Source: Eledone cirrhosa | Taxonomy: Eukaryota | Direction of reading: 5' to 3' | Assembly (NCBI GenBank): GCA_964016885.1 | Contig: OZ024744.1 | Coordinates: 22,816,001-22,880,000 of the forward strand | Length of the DNA: 64,000 bases | Part shown: positions 12,208 to 25,466 of the stretch, piece by piece | Numbering within the stretch: position 1 is the stretch's first letter | Layout of the letters: each line of letters opens with the position of its first letter | Made by a program: the position numbers and the translations under genes | Notes under the pieces: model-generated | Databases searched by the model: none | Told to the model about the DNA's origin: nothing | The model's input: only the letters and a program-made list of their open reading frames with translations

Positions 12208-12315
12208 CAAAAACTATGACCCCGACGGCAGAGCTCAAACCGTTTCGACGGCTATTTCAGTCCAGAAATAGCCGTCGAAACGGCTTGAGCTCTGCCGTCG
12301 GGGTCATAGTTTTTG
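12208..12315. repeat. Palindromic insert related to the 233-bp unit
   Basis: caaaaactatgaccccgacggcagagctcaa…ttgagctctgccgtcggggtcatagtttttg with loop agtcca, flanked by (TA)n. Confidence 0.9.
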
Positions 12316-12355
<40 letters not shown>

Positions 12356-12359
<4 letters not shown>

Positions 12360-12942
12360 TGGCTGCCAACTCGTTTTCGAGTACGGCCACTACTTTATAT
12401 CCATGTAGGAGAACCCCTACCGATGCGCTGAACGAGTGTGACTTTTTAGTCCAGCCAGTCACTTGAAAACTCTGGTTCAAACACTTCACTTGTGACAATT
12501 ACTGACACATAGTGCTGGGCCCATTGTACCCTGTGATGACAAGTGCAGAGAGATCTCCAGATATAAAGCAATGCCTGTGCCGTGAAGCTTTTATAGTGAG
12601 CAAAGGCACTGCACAAAGCCAGTCCCACTCTCTTAACCAAGATGATATTTACCAAAAAGAAGAACAAGTCAACATCATTGGATACCATCAGGGTTGCAGG
12701 TGTTATATCAGAGTTTTCCTTCTCCTAGAATTCTGCCTTGACAAAGGCTAAGGGGTCATCTCTCCCGGTGATTTTGGATGGCCATTGACTCTTAAGAGCT
12801 CCTTTGCCCTTTGACAGGTTTTTAGTCCTGCAGGATGTCCAAGAAACCTTGGTGGGGTTGCCAGTTTAGTCGCCAACGACCCGACCATGAGACAGGTTGT
12901 ACTGGGATACATGTTACCAGTAGCACCAACTGGTGTCCTGAC
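12356..12942 (-). mobile_element. RTE-derived bipartite non-autonomous retroelement 1
   Basis: Minus strand has the RTE 5'UTR-type motif ctaggagaaggaaaactctga, a C2H2-like remnant ([17 protein letters not shown]), a 3' ctcg-aaaa-cgag hairpin and a microsatellite tail. Confidence 0.85.
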
Positions 12943-13178
12943 ATATATATATACACACACATGTATATATGTGTATTATATATATATAACTATAGCTATA
13001 ACTAAAAAGCTCTGTAGTCTACATAGAGCACTCTCCTTTCCTTTATCTTTCCCACGGAGACATTTAATATATATATATTTATATTATAAGAACAGATTAA
13101 AGTTTAAGCAAAGAATCGGTGCTTTCACCCTTATATATATAAACACACACGCACGCACGTGTGTGTGTGCGTGTGCGC

Positions 13179-13235
<57 letters not shown>

Positions 13236-13279
13236 AAAATGAGTGTATGTTTCTCAGCGCTTGTTTATATTTGATTGTA

Positions 13280-13580
13280 GGAAAATGGAAAAATTCGGCG
13301 TAAGGAAGCTGTTTAAACAGGAAAATGCCGTTGAAACGGTGTTAGGTAAAAGATTACCTTGAAGGACAGAAATCAGTGGCTCGAAGTGAATTGACTCGGA
13401 GAATTGATAGGAAGGAAGAAAAAGAATGGATAAGAAGAGATCACAAACATTAAAATACCCTCATCAGATTTCAGACCACCTGCAGTTTAAACGATTTGAC
13501 TGAGAGGACTGCGAAGGATAGGTGGCTCGTAACAACGGAGGAATAAATATATTCGTTGGTATAATATTTGTGTTGGGACA

Positions 13581-13648
<68 letters not shown>

Positions 13649-13985
13649 TGAGAGTGTGCGTCTACTCGACCTTAAGTCGTCACACGAAAGGATGAACAAC
13701 GTCACTGTAAGCGGAAATGGCCTGTAGAAGGGAGAGGGGAAGACGGAAAGGTAAAAGTGAGAGTGGGGAGATAAAAAAAAAAGAACAGTAAGTCAAATAG
13801 CTGAAACTGCAGGAGGACTTGATAGCTGATGAATGCATTTTATGTTTGTGATCTCTTCTCATCCATTCTATTTCTTCCTTCCTCTCAATTCTTCGAGTCA
13901 ACTCACTTCTAGACGCTGATTTCTCTCCTTCGAGGTAATATTTTACCCAACAGTTTCGACGACATTTTGGTGTTTTCCTATACGT
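13280..13985. repeat. Two diverged copies of an unclassified repeat in inverted orientation
   Basis: 13320-13488 resembles the reverse complement of 13804-13978 (gaattga…aggaaggaagaaa…gaatggat…agaagagatcacaaacat). Confidence 0.7.
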
Positions 13986-14025
13986 TTCGAAACTCGATTT
14001 AATTTTGTTTATATATATATATATT

Positions 14026-14206
14026 GGAAATGTGGTAAGGAACCAGATGGACCATAACGCACCAGAGTACTGAATACTTACAGTAGTAGAGGGGGAAATA
14101 GGAAAAAGTATGACCCCGACGGCAGAGTTCAAGCCGTTTCGACGGCTATTTCTGGACTGGAAATAGCCGTCGAAACGGCTTGAACTCTGCCGTCGGGGTC
14201 ATACTT

Positions 14207-14210
<4 letters not shown>
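14026..14210. repeat. 233-family fragment ending in a palindrome (14102-14210)
   Basis: ggaaatgtggtaaggaaccagatggaccataacgcacc matches the 233-bp unit. It folds back around 14156 and has (TA)n on both sides. Confidence 0.9.
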
Positions 14211-14260
<50 letters not shown>

Positions 14261-15414
14261 TTTCCCCAACTGCGTTTGTCTGTTTCTTTCGCCCCCTCTG
14301 TCAGTTACACTTTCTCTCGACTGGCCTCTTCCTCGCACTTCCACTCACTCACTCTCTGCTTCTCCCCTTCTCACTTCCTCCCGTTTGGCCTGAAGTGGAG
14401 TCCTTTCTTGCTCACACCACACTCGCGTCGGACGGTCTGCTGTCTCTCTCGCCCACGAAATCCACACAGTTTAAGCTGATCGGACTCCCATGTGCTTGTT
14501 TTTTCCTAACATTGCGTTGCTATCCTTCTATGTTGTTTATTTGTCTCGCTCGCTTTACGCGATTTACTTGTCCCAATAGCTTTATTTAGCTATTGCTCGC
14601 ACCAACTGGAGGTATATGGTTTTTAAAGCGATGAAATACCAATGATGGTTGGAAAATCACTGACGAAGGACTATTTTTTATCATATGTAACCCATGTGCA
14701 ACCACGCAGTATTCATTCTTCTCATGTTTTTATATATAGGCATTGTAAGGTCCAGTTACGGTAGGTTCACCAGAGTGAGCACTCGATGTGTAGTTTCCAG
14801 TAGGTGTATTGGTGTAGTACTAAGCAGGGTGTAATAATAATAATAATAAAGACTATTTGTTATGTCTTCATTACGTTTATTGATTATTGATGCACGTTTC
14901 GCAATTGATCAGCTCAAAGTTCGATCTGTATCAATCTTGCCCGACTCTGGAATCAAAAGCTCGTCTAACTTTTGTGGTAATAACATTCTGTCATTCTGTC
15001 ATTACAATAACAGAAGTCAACTATATTTTACAAAAGTTATACACTGGTGGAAATATTTTAAAAGGGGCGGGGTAGCAGTAAAAAAGGCAGATCTCTGTGT
15101 ATGGGAAATTTCTTTCAGGGATTAAACTGATGTCATCTGGGTCATCATGGAGGATTTGGTAAAAAACATGTAACCCCTTACTTAATTGAGTCTCTTTCTC
15201 TTTTTTTTTATTCCGTAAATTTTATTTGTTGGACGGCTAAGTCACGGGGGTCGGGGCAGTCAGAACATAAGCAACATCTGATGGCTGATGTAAACATAAG
15301 TAAATGTAGGCATAGATACTCACACACCACACATACACCTACACATACATTATATTCTATATACTATATATACATACATATATTATATATGTATATGTTT
15401 CATATATACATACA

Positions 15415-15476
<62 letters not shown>

Positions 15477-15479
<3 letters not shown>

Positions 15480-18400
15480 AGCCCCCTGCAACAGTCAAAA
15501 CCAGCCACCACACTAGCCTCCTCCACATTTCTACTCAATACACAAGGTGTCAGCCCATCCATCAATGCACAGAAATGGAGGGTCCAATTCTTTGAGGATT
15601 GGGTTGGTAACCATCCATTTCACATCCCCTTCTTCATTCTTACTGAGACCCACCTTGACAACTCGCACTTGGAGGCCGAAGTAAGTGTGAGGAATTTCAC
15701 AACCATCTGCGCGGATCTGTTGGCAGAAGGAGGGTGGTACTGCCATTTTCCTGCATGATTCCTTTACAGCAAATGGTAACACAACATTCTCCAATGGCTA
15801 CTGTGAATCAGTCACTGTGCACAATAAAGCCAATGACCTGACATTAGTCGGGCTCTATAGGCCACCACAAACATCCATAATCTGCTTTAAAGAATGCCTC
15901 AACAGTATTAAATGCTTTATTAAACAGTGCCATTCTAGCAACATACTTTTGCTGGGAGACTTTAATCTACCCTGTGTCGATTGGCTTACAAACAGTTTGA
16001 AACCAGGCACCCCAACCTCAACCACTGACAAAGTGGCTGTCGAGTCCCTTCTTGACTTCATGAATGAGTTTTTCTTGTCCCAACTTGTCCTTGCACCAAC
16101 GAGGCATCAGAAGAACATTTTGACCTAGTGTTTAGTAACCACACTAACACTATACATAATATTACAGTGGAAAAAACCCTTCTCTCAGACCATGACATGG
16201 TTCTTTGTAACCTGAGATTCCACCAGCCGAAAGCTAATCCCAGGGTCCTCTCTCCAGCCCACCCATTTGATAACATGGATCTCTACAATGCCAACTGGGA
16301 TGCAATTATGAACGAACTATCACATGTCAACTGGTCTTTTACACACGCACATATTTCCACCAACATCAAAACATCTTGGCAGATCTTTGTAGACACTGTC
16401 ACAAATATATGTGCACACCCCACCAAAACCTGTGAACAAAACTAAGTGCAGTATCCCCCAAAACAGAAAAACTATTATCCGAAAAATACAAACAACAAAC
16501 AAAAAAATTAACACATTAAAATACTGCCAACAACAACACACACATTTGACGGCTATCGCACTGTTTGAATAACATAAATATAACCTCCAATAATGCATGA
16601 AGTCCATCATCAATAACCAGAGAACCGCTGAAGGGAGGTGGGCCATTGAGAAAATCAACCTCAACCCCAAAGTGTTCTTTTCATTTGCTAAAAAACAAAA
16701 GGTCACTGCCTCCACTGTTGGCCCTCTAATTGACGAAATGACACTCTCCAAGATAATGCCAAAACCATGGGTGAGATACTGCAGAAACAATACTGCTCTG
16801 TTTTCAGCAACCCTGATATGGCTGATCTTGGCTGTATCAGTGATATTAACCCCCAACACACTATATCGGACATAACGTTTGGCGCCCCTGATTTATTTGC
16901 GGCAATAAACGAAATTAAACACAATTCAGCAATAGGCCTCCTTGTGTCCTGAAGGTGTGTCGACACCAACTTGCATCTCCTCTTGTTAATCTGTGGAGGA
17001 ACTCACTGGATACTGGCTATATTCCTGAAAACTTTCTGTCCCAGTCCGTTGTCCCAGTCTTCAAAAAGGGAAATAAGTCCCTTGCAGTGAACTACCGTCC
17101 GATCTCACTCACCTCTCATATTATCAAGGTATTTGAGAGGGAGGTGAGATCACTATTAACCCACTTTCTTGAAAGCAACGGCCTGCTGAACGTCAACCAG
17201 GATGGGCTTCGTATTGGAAAGGACTGCCTAATGCAGCTCCTCCATCACTTTGATGATATTTTGAGAGCCTTGGGAGAGGGCTCCAACACTGATGTCATCT
17301 ACCTTGATTTCAGCAAGGCCTTTGACAGTATGATCACAACATTCTATTGAGAAAACTATCCAACATTGGTGTCACTGGAAATTTACTACAGTGGATCAAG
17401 TGTTTTCTGACAGACAGAGCCCAACATGTTGTAGTCAAAATAATAAAATCAAGCCCAACCAAAGTCAGCAGTAGCATCCCACAAGGCAGTTTTGGGTCCA
17501 CTTCTTTTCATCATCTACATAAATAACATTACTGACATTATCAAGCACAGCAACATAAGAATCTTTGCAGATGATTCCAACCTCTAGAAGGTCTTCAATG
17601 AGAGTGTGACCTGACATGCCTTCAGTCAGACCTACTGGCTGTTATCCAATGGGCGGAAAAGAACAATATCTTGCTGAACGAGGATAATTTGAGTTAATCC
17701 AATTTGGAAAACTCCCATACTCCCTTCCTTCAGGTGAAACTGTCGTGGCATCCAACAACATCAGAGACCTGGGAGTAATTGTGGACAACAACATAAGCTG
17801 GGTCACTTATAAAAACAGCAAAGTTGATATGGCCCCCAGAATGTGTTCCTGGATTCTCAGAACCTTCCAGTCTAGAGATATCCACACTGTTATTCTTCTC
17901 TTCTCCACTTTTGCCCGACCCCACCTTGAATACTGTTGTCCACTGTGGTCTCCCAACACGAAACAAAGTATCATGAAAGTTGAAGCTCCTCAAAGGTCAA
18001 TTACAAAACAGATAGATGGCTTGTCAGACCTTAACTATTGGGGTCGACTAGAAAAACTCAAACTTTATTCTCCCCAACGTCACCGTGAGAGCTATATTAT
18101 CTGCATGATGTGGAAAATGTTCCATCAGCATTGCCCAAATTATGTTGGCATCACTTTAAGATACATCCAAGGCTTTGGCTCCGAGCTATCCGCCCACAAC
18201 AAAAATCACACTCGCATTTCATAACAACAATACGGTACAGTTATTTCACCTCAATTGGTCCTACTCTGTTTTAATGGGGTTTCGTGTAATGTTAAGACAT
18301 TACACCAAAACACAATAAAACAGAAACAGACCCCATACAGTTCAAGAAGCATTTGGACAAATTCTTCAAGACATCCCGGATAAACCCGGATCGTAATCTG
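15477..18400 (+). pseudogene. CR1-type LINE ORF2 remnant (APE endonuclease plus RT), with many stops and frameshifts
   Basis: GLYRPP…LLGDFNLP…SDHD (APE); VVPVFKKG…NYRPISLTS…DVIYLDFSKAFD and FADD (RT); RPHLEYCCPLWSP (C-terminal). Confidence 0.9.
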
Positions 18401-18765
18401 TTCAAGTAAAACTTTTTTTTTATTAAAATATTCCATATTCCTTCTTTAGCCTTGTTTTGAAGACGTTTGAGACTTTAATTGCGCGATAAAGTGTCGCAAA
18501 ATGTACTAATGTCTCAAACGAATGGGTGAAACTATTAAATTAGAAATATGCAAAATAAAGGGTAAACATACCGTATATCTTTAGATATACGAAATTCACA
18601 TACATGTATGTGTACAGCTATGTCGAAGCTAAATTTTAGTTCTATTTTATGTTGAGCCAACTTATACAGCTTTGTATGCAAATGAGGCTCATCAGCCCAT
18701 TTACACAGACGTAAAAACTTTATATTTTCGCCTGTTTCAAAGTCCAGCAGTAGGAAGAGAGAAGC

Positions 18766-18809
18766 GTTGTCCTGACTAGAACGATTTAAGTTCGAAATGC
18801 ATAGACAAT
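18766..18809 (+). ncRNA. Minimal hammerhead with G8U core change (probably inactive)
   Basis: gttgtc CTGACTA gaac-gatttaa-gttc GAAA tgc ATA gacaat, between direct repeats at 18563-18638 and 18892-18970. Confidence 0.7.
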
Positions 18810-19090
18810 TATCCCCCTTGCTTCTGCCGGACAGCGCTCGGCGGTGCTGACCGCTAGATTTCTATTCATAGGTGTGGCTTTCAAGATATGTTAAACATAC
18901 CGTATATTTTTGGAAATCCGAAATTCAGATACATGTATATATACACAGATATGTCGAAGCTTAATTCTAATTAAAAACACATAAATAAATTAATTAGTTA
19001 ATACATTTAAAAAAAAGCGATTAAGTTTGTCGGAGACTACAGCTCCACAGGTTTTACTTAAGAGTATCCTTCTAGCTTGAACAATTATAG

Positions 19091-19429
19091 CAGAGGTTCT
19101 CAAAGTATTTGGGGCCACCGTCCCCACGGCCACCTAATACCCTCAGCTCCCACCCCTATTTTCAGAGAGACCTGTCTACACACAAATTGTAAATAATACA
19201 TAATAAATAAAACCGTTCATTTATATATAGTAACTAATATAATATATACTATGTATAAATAAATATTATAGATATTTTTATTTTACTATATCTATATATG
19301 TATCATTTGATATTTAATATACTATTATATCATCTCTACCACCCCGCCACCACTTTCGGTCCCAGCGCCCCACTGGACCTTCTCAACACACCCGGGGGTG
19401 GGGGTTTGCGCCCACTTTGAGAAACTTTA
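19091..19429. mobile_element. hAT-type MITE
   Basis: TIRs cagaggttctcaaa/tttgagaaacttta and 8-bp TSD aattatag/aattttag. Homologous to 26655-27014. Confidence 0.75.
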
Positions 19430-19790
19430 AATTTTAGGAGGATTTTAATACAGTTCTACATATACTAGCATACATATTACAAGGATATATATGTACACAC
19501 TATCGGATAGCTGTTGACTCCTCTAAGTTCATACACCCGTTGTTAGGCGGGTGTTATTTTTCATCCCACAGAATGTTTAGAAATCACCGGGTAGACTTGT
19601 TGGAGTTGTCACTTTAGTCTTTGTCGACCCGACCATGCAACAGGTTGTACTGGGTTACATGATACCTCTAGCGTTCACAAGCAACCCGATATAAATGAAT
19701 GTGTGCGCGCACGCACACACACATACATTTATTTATACGTATAAAGACACATGCACATTCAGATACGCACTCGCACACATATATATATGT

Positions 19791-19845
<55 letters not shown>

Positions 19846-19981
19846 CAAGCAGGCATATGCATACGCACGTATAAACATACATACACACGTATAAACATAC
19901 ATAACATTCATACATATATACATATATACGTATATCCATCCATCCATACATTGATATCTACATACATTCATACATACATAC

Positions 19982-20591
19982 ATGGTGGCTGCCAACTCGT
20001 TTTCGAGTACGGCCACTACTTTATATCCATGTAGGAGAACCCCTACCGATGCGCTGAACGAGAGCGACTTTTTAGTCTAACCAGCGACTTGAAAACTCTG
20101 GTACAAACACTACACTTGTGACAATTATTGACACATAGTGCTGGGCCCATAGTACCATGTGACGACAAGTGCAGAGAGATCTCCAGATATAAAGCAATGC
20201 CTGTGCTGTGAAGCTTTTATAGTGAGCAAAGGCACTGCACAAAGCCTGTCCCACTCTCTTAACCAAGATGATATTTACCAAAAAGAAGAACAAGTCAACA
20301 TCATTGGATACCATCAGGGTTGCAGGTGTTATATCAGAGTTTTCCTTCTCTTAGAATTCTGCCTTGACAAAGGCTAAGGGGTCATCTCTCCCGGTGATTT
20401 TGGATGGCTATTGAGTCTTAAGAGCTCCTCTGCCCTTTGACAGGTTTTGTTTTTAGTCCTGCAGGATGTCCAAAGTCACCCTCCTCACCAAGAAATCTTG
20501 GTGGGGTTGCCAGTTTAGTCGCCAACGACCCGACCATGAGACAGGTTGTACTGGGATACATGTTACCAGTAGCACCAACTGGTGACCAGAC
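19982..20591 (-). mobile_element. RTE-derived non-autonomous element 1
   Basis: Full-length copy with (ATAC)n-like flanks. Confidence 0.9.
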
Positions 20592-20710
20592 ATACATACA
20601 TACACATATATACATACATACATTCATACATACATATATACAGACATACACACATATATACATACATAACATACATACATACATACATATATACATATAT
20701 ACATATATAC

Positions 20711-21233
20711 ATGATGGCTGCCCCCTCGTTATCGAGTATGGCCATTGCACGATATACCATTATTAATAATTATTAATTAATTCTATAGTGCAATGCCTGT
20801 GCGTGAAGATATTTTCTAAAGTGAGGAAAGACTGTGCACTGAGCCAATCCCACTCTCTGAGCGACAGTAGCTATAACTCGAAAAGAAGAAAAGATCAACA
20901 TCATCGGTAACTACTGAGCCACATGTTTTATCTCGGAGTTATCCCAGTTTCCTGAGTTGCCTTCTCCTAGAAGAATGCCCTGACAAAGGCTAGGGGTCCG
21001 TCACTCCCAGTGGTCTAACTGCGCGGTACATGTTTATATACATATTTACATACTTTCGGATGGCCGTTGACTCTTATGAGTTCTTCCGACCTTTGTCAGC
21101 TTTAGTTTTTTGTCCTCCAGGGTGTCCAAAGTCACCCTCCTTACCAAGTAATCATGGTGGGGTTGCCGGTTTAGTCGCCGACGACCCGACCAAGCGACAG
21201 GTTGTACTGGGTTACGTCTTACCAGTAGCACTC
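20711..21233 (-). mobile_element. Diverged subfamily of RTE-derived element 1
   Basis: Shares both termini and the ccttctcctagaa motif, with a different interior. A related 5' part lies at 59697-59921. Confidence 0.75.
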
Positions 21234-21247
21234 ATATACGTACATAC

Positions 21248-21706
21248 ATGGTGGCTGCCAACTCGTTTTCGAGTACGGCCACTACTTTATATCCATGTAG
21301 GAGAACCCCTACCGATGCGCTGAACGAGTGTGACTTTTTAGTCCAGCCAGCGACTTGAAAACTCTGGTACAAACACTACACTTGTGACAATTATTGACAC
21401 ATAGTGCAGGGCCCATGGTACCATGTGACGACGTGCAGAAAGATCTCCAGATATAAAGCAATGCCTGTGCCGTGAAGCTTTTATAGTGAGCAAAGGCACT
21501 GCACAAAGCCAGTCCCACTCTCTTAACCAAGATGATATTTATCAAAAAGAGTAACAAGTCAACATCATTGGATACCATCAGGGTTGCAGGTGTTATATCA
21601 GAGTTTTCCTTCTCCTAGAATTCTGCCTTGACAAAGGCTAAGGGGTCATCTCTCCCGGTGATTTTGGATGGCCATTGACTCTTAAGAGCTCCTTTGCTCT
21701 TTGACA
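21248..21706 (-). mobile_element. RTE-derived element 1, 5'-truncated
   Basis: Matches the other copies and stops at ttgaca (21706). Confidence 0.9.
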
Positions 21707-22040
21707 CGTACATACATATATACATACATACACACATATATACATGCACAAATATATACATACATATATACATACACACATATATATATATACGTACATA
21801 CATATATACATACATACACACATATATACATGCACAAATATATACATACATATATACATACACACATATATATATATATACATACACACATATATACATA
21901 CATAACATACATACATGCACATATATATACATACATAAATATATACATACAGAAATATATACATACACATATATACATACATAAATATATACATACACAC
22001 ATATATACATACACACATATATACATACATAAATATATAC

Positions 22041-22650
22041 ATGGTGGCTGCCAACTCGTTTTCGAGTACGGTCACTACTTTATATCCATGTAGGAGAACC
22101 CCTACCGATGCGCTGAACGAATGTGACTTTTTAGTCCAGCCAGCGACTTGAAAACTCTGGTACAAAGACTACACTTGTGACCATTATTGACACATAGTGC
22201 TGGGCCCTTGGTACCACGTGACGACAAGTGCAGAGAGATCTCCAGATATAAAGCAATGCCTGTGCTGTGAAGCTTTTATAGTGAGCAAAGGCACTGCACA
22301 AAGCCTGTCCCACTCTCTTAACCAAGATGATATTTACCAAAAAGAAGAACAAGTCAACATCATTGGATACCATCAGGGTTGCAGGTGTTATATCAGAGTT
22401 TTCCTTCTCCTAGAATTCTGCCTTGACAAAGGCTAAGGGGTCATCTCTCCCGGTGATTTTGGATGGCTATTGAGTCTTAAGAGCTCCCTTGCCCTTTGAC
22501 TGGTTTTGTCTTTAGTCCTGCAGGATGTCCAAAGTCACCCTCCTCACCAAGAAACCTTGGTGGGGTTGCCAGTTTAGTCGCCAACGACCCGACCATGAGA
22601 CAGGTTGTACTGGGATACATGTTACCAGTAGCACCAACTGGTGACCTGAC
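22041..22650 (-). mobile_element. RTE-derived element 1
   Basis: Full-length copy. Confidence 0.9.
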
Positions 22651-22935
22651 AATATATACATACACACATATATACATACATAAATATATACATACACACA
22701 TATATACATACACACATATATACATACATAAATATATACATACACACATATATACATACATAAATATATACATACACACATATATACATACACACATATA
22801 TACATACACACATATATACATACACACATATATACATACACACATATATACATACATAAATATATACATGCACACATATATACATACACACATATATACA
22901 TACACACATATATACATACACACATATATACATCT
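22651..22935. repeat. 16-bp minisatellite (catacacacatatata / catacataaatatata)
   Basis: Also present at ~21710-22040 and ~23375-23610. Confidence 0.85.
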
Positions 22936-23372
22936 ATCTATCTAAGGCGGGTAAAATTCCCGAGATCCATGGACGAGTTCTCTCCAGCGGTCTCTGTCCC
23001 TCATTATCGCTGCCATATCCTGCATCTCCAACAGACCAGTGTCTGTCCTTAGGGCATCAACATATGTTAACCTTGGTCTTCCTCTTCTAGTGTGTCCATG
23101 TCGGGGCTCCCAAAGGAGCACTGAGTGCAATGTCAACTCTGGATGTCGGTGAGCATGTCCAGCCAAACCTCAGTCACCTCTGTGTCACTTTTGAGCTGAC
23201 TTTTGGGATGCTCCCATACAGCTCTGAGTTTTTCATCCTCAGTGTATACTGATTAATGTTCAGAGCCATCCTCAGCATTCTCGTGTAGCACCCATCCACC
23301 ATCTGAGTGAGTCTCTTGGTCAGTGTCCAAGTCTCAGACCCATACAGCAGCAGAGACTCCACTACAGCAATG
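22932..23372 (-). pseudogene. RTE-group LINE 3' fragment
   Basis: VESLLLYGSETWTLTK…RMLRMALNI…LAGHAHRH…RRGRPRLTYVD…DRDRWR, with a (TAGA)n tail. Confidence 0.85.
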
Positions 23373-23842
23373 AATATATATATATACATATATACATACA
23401 CACATATATACATACATAAATATATACATACACACATATATACATACACACATATATACATACATAAATATATACATACACACATATATACATACACACA
23501 TATATACATACATAAATATATACATACACACATATATACATACACACATATATACATACACACATATATACATACACACATATATACATACACACATATA
23601 TACATATATACAGTTTGGGTGTTTGGAGAAGAAGAAAGAGTGTAAGAATGAGCGAGGACAGAATGAGAAGAAAGAGAAAAATAATGGATCAATAAAAGTT
23701 CCCGTAGATATAATTATCTTCTCGTGTTGCCTACAGGGGGCGCTGAATATGTCGCAGGGGTACGTAAGTATATGCGGGTAGATATATATTATGAATTTAC
23801 TTTCAGACATGTCCGATTACCATATTTTTTTATGTTTTAGAC

Positions 23843-24205
23843 CGGAAACTGGGGGGGGGGGGGCACTGGGGCCTAAGGGTGCGGTAGAAATGATATAATA
23901 ATATATTAAGTATCAAATGATACATATATATAAAGATAGTAAAATATATGAGGTCGTCAGTTTGATTCCTGGATCGGGTGATGCGTTATGTCCTTGAGCA
24001 AGACACTTTATTTCACGTTGCTCCTTCTACCTGGAGTTGCGACCGATAGTTAGTATTAGCAATTGGAAAGACCAATGGAAACATTGTTTCCTTGGTCCGA
24101 TTTGACGAAAGTCAATTGACAAAAAAAAAAGATAGTAAAATAAGGTGGTAAGGGTATTACGAGGCTATGAAAGGGGTGGCAGCTAAAAAGATTTGAGAAC
24201 CTCTG
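23843..24205. mobile_element. hAT-type MITE interrupted by a SINE
   Basis: Perfect 8-bp TSD ttttagac and right TIR tttgagaacctctg. The SINE fragment at ~23947-24127 is flanked by TSD aaagatagtaaaata. Confidence 0.75.
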
Positions 24206-24344
24206 TTTTAGACCAAGTGTTCTTTATCATTTTTACTCCATTCCCTGTCAGAAAACCTTAACTCGAAACATTGTTTTATCCAAAGGATAAAACAATGTTT
24301 CGAGTTAAAATTAAGAAATATTTATATTCAAAGTATTCTATACG

Positions 24345-25466
24345 TGTTGAAATTTAGAAATATTATTAAAATTACTTCCTGCGATGTAAAAATTTAGAAA
24401 AATATACAGACTACCCCCTGCGATGTTAAAATTTAGAGCCAGTATTAAAACTACCCCCTACGGTGTTAACATTTAGAACCAGTATTAAAACTTCCCCTTA
24501 CGGTGTTAACATTTAGAACCAGTATTAAAACTTCCCTTACGGTGTTAACATTTAGAACCAGTATTAAAACTCCCCCCTACGGTGTTAAAATTTAGAGCCA
24601 GTATTAAAACTACCCCCTACGGTGTTAACATTTAGAACCAGTATTAAAACTTCCCCTTACGGTGTTAACATTTAGAACCAGTATTAAAACTCCCCCCTAC
24701 GGTGTTAAAATTTAGAACCAGTATTAAAACTTCCCTTACGGTGTTAACATTTAGAACCAGTATTAAAACTTCCCTTACGGTGTTAACATTTAGAACCAGT
24801 ATTAAAACTTCCCTTAAGGTGTTAACATTTAGAACCAGTATTAAAACTTCCCTTACGGTGTTAACATTTAGAACCAGTATTAAAACTTCCCTTACGGTGT
24901 TAACATTTAGAACCAGTATTAAAACTTCCCCTTACGGTGTTAACATTTAGAACCAGTATTAAAACTCCCCCCTACGGTGTTAAAATTTAGAAACAGTATT
25001 AAAACTTCCCTTACGGTGTTAACATTTAGAACCAGTATTAAAACTCCCCCCTACGGTGTTAAAATTTAGAACCAGTATTAAAACTTCCCTTACGGTGTTA
25101 ACATTTAGAACCAGTATTAAAACTCCCCCCTACGGTGTTAAAATTTAGAGCCAGTATTAAAACTACCCCCTACGGTGTTAACATTTAGAACCAGTATTAA
25201 AACTTCCCCTTACGGTGTTAACATTTAGAACCAGTATTAAAACTCCCCCCTACGGTGTTAAAATTTAGAACCAGTATTAAAACTTCCCTTACGGTGTTAA
25301 CATTTAGAACCAGTATTAAAACTTCCCTTACGGTGTTAACATTTAGAACCAGTATTAAAACTTCCCTTACGGTGTTAACATTTAGAACCAGTATTAAAAC
25401 TTCCCTTACGGTGTTAACATTTAGAACCAGTATTAAAACTAGCCCCTGCGGTGTTAACATTTAGAC
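24345..25466. repeat. 39/40-bp minisatellite, ~28 copies
   Basis: Unit cagtattaaaacttcccttacggtgttaacatttagaac, head-to-tail with no spacers. Degenerate units occur at the left edge and at ~25930-25968. Confidence 0.97.

Noticed and set aside
13801-13990. CTGATGA conserved in both copies of the 13.3/13.8-kb repeat as a hammerhead
   Set aside because: I could not build stems I-III with a correctly placed GAAA and UH.
20505-20591. HDV-like ribozyme at the 5' end of RTE-derived element 1
   Set aside because: P4-like (tcg/cga) and CUAA-P2-like pieces are present, but no consistent P1/P3/L3, and variants break the P2 pairing. A descriptor search is needed to decide.
24345-25466. CRISPR array or 13-aa repeat protein (TSIKTSLTVLTFR)
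   Set aside because: Units are contiguous with no unique spacers, there are no cas genes, the context is eukaryotic, and 40-bp variants break the reading frame.
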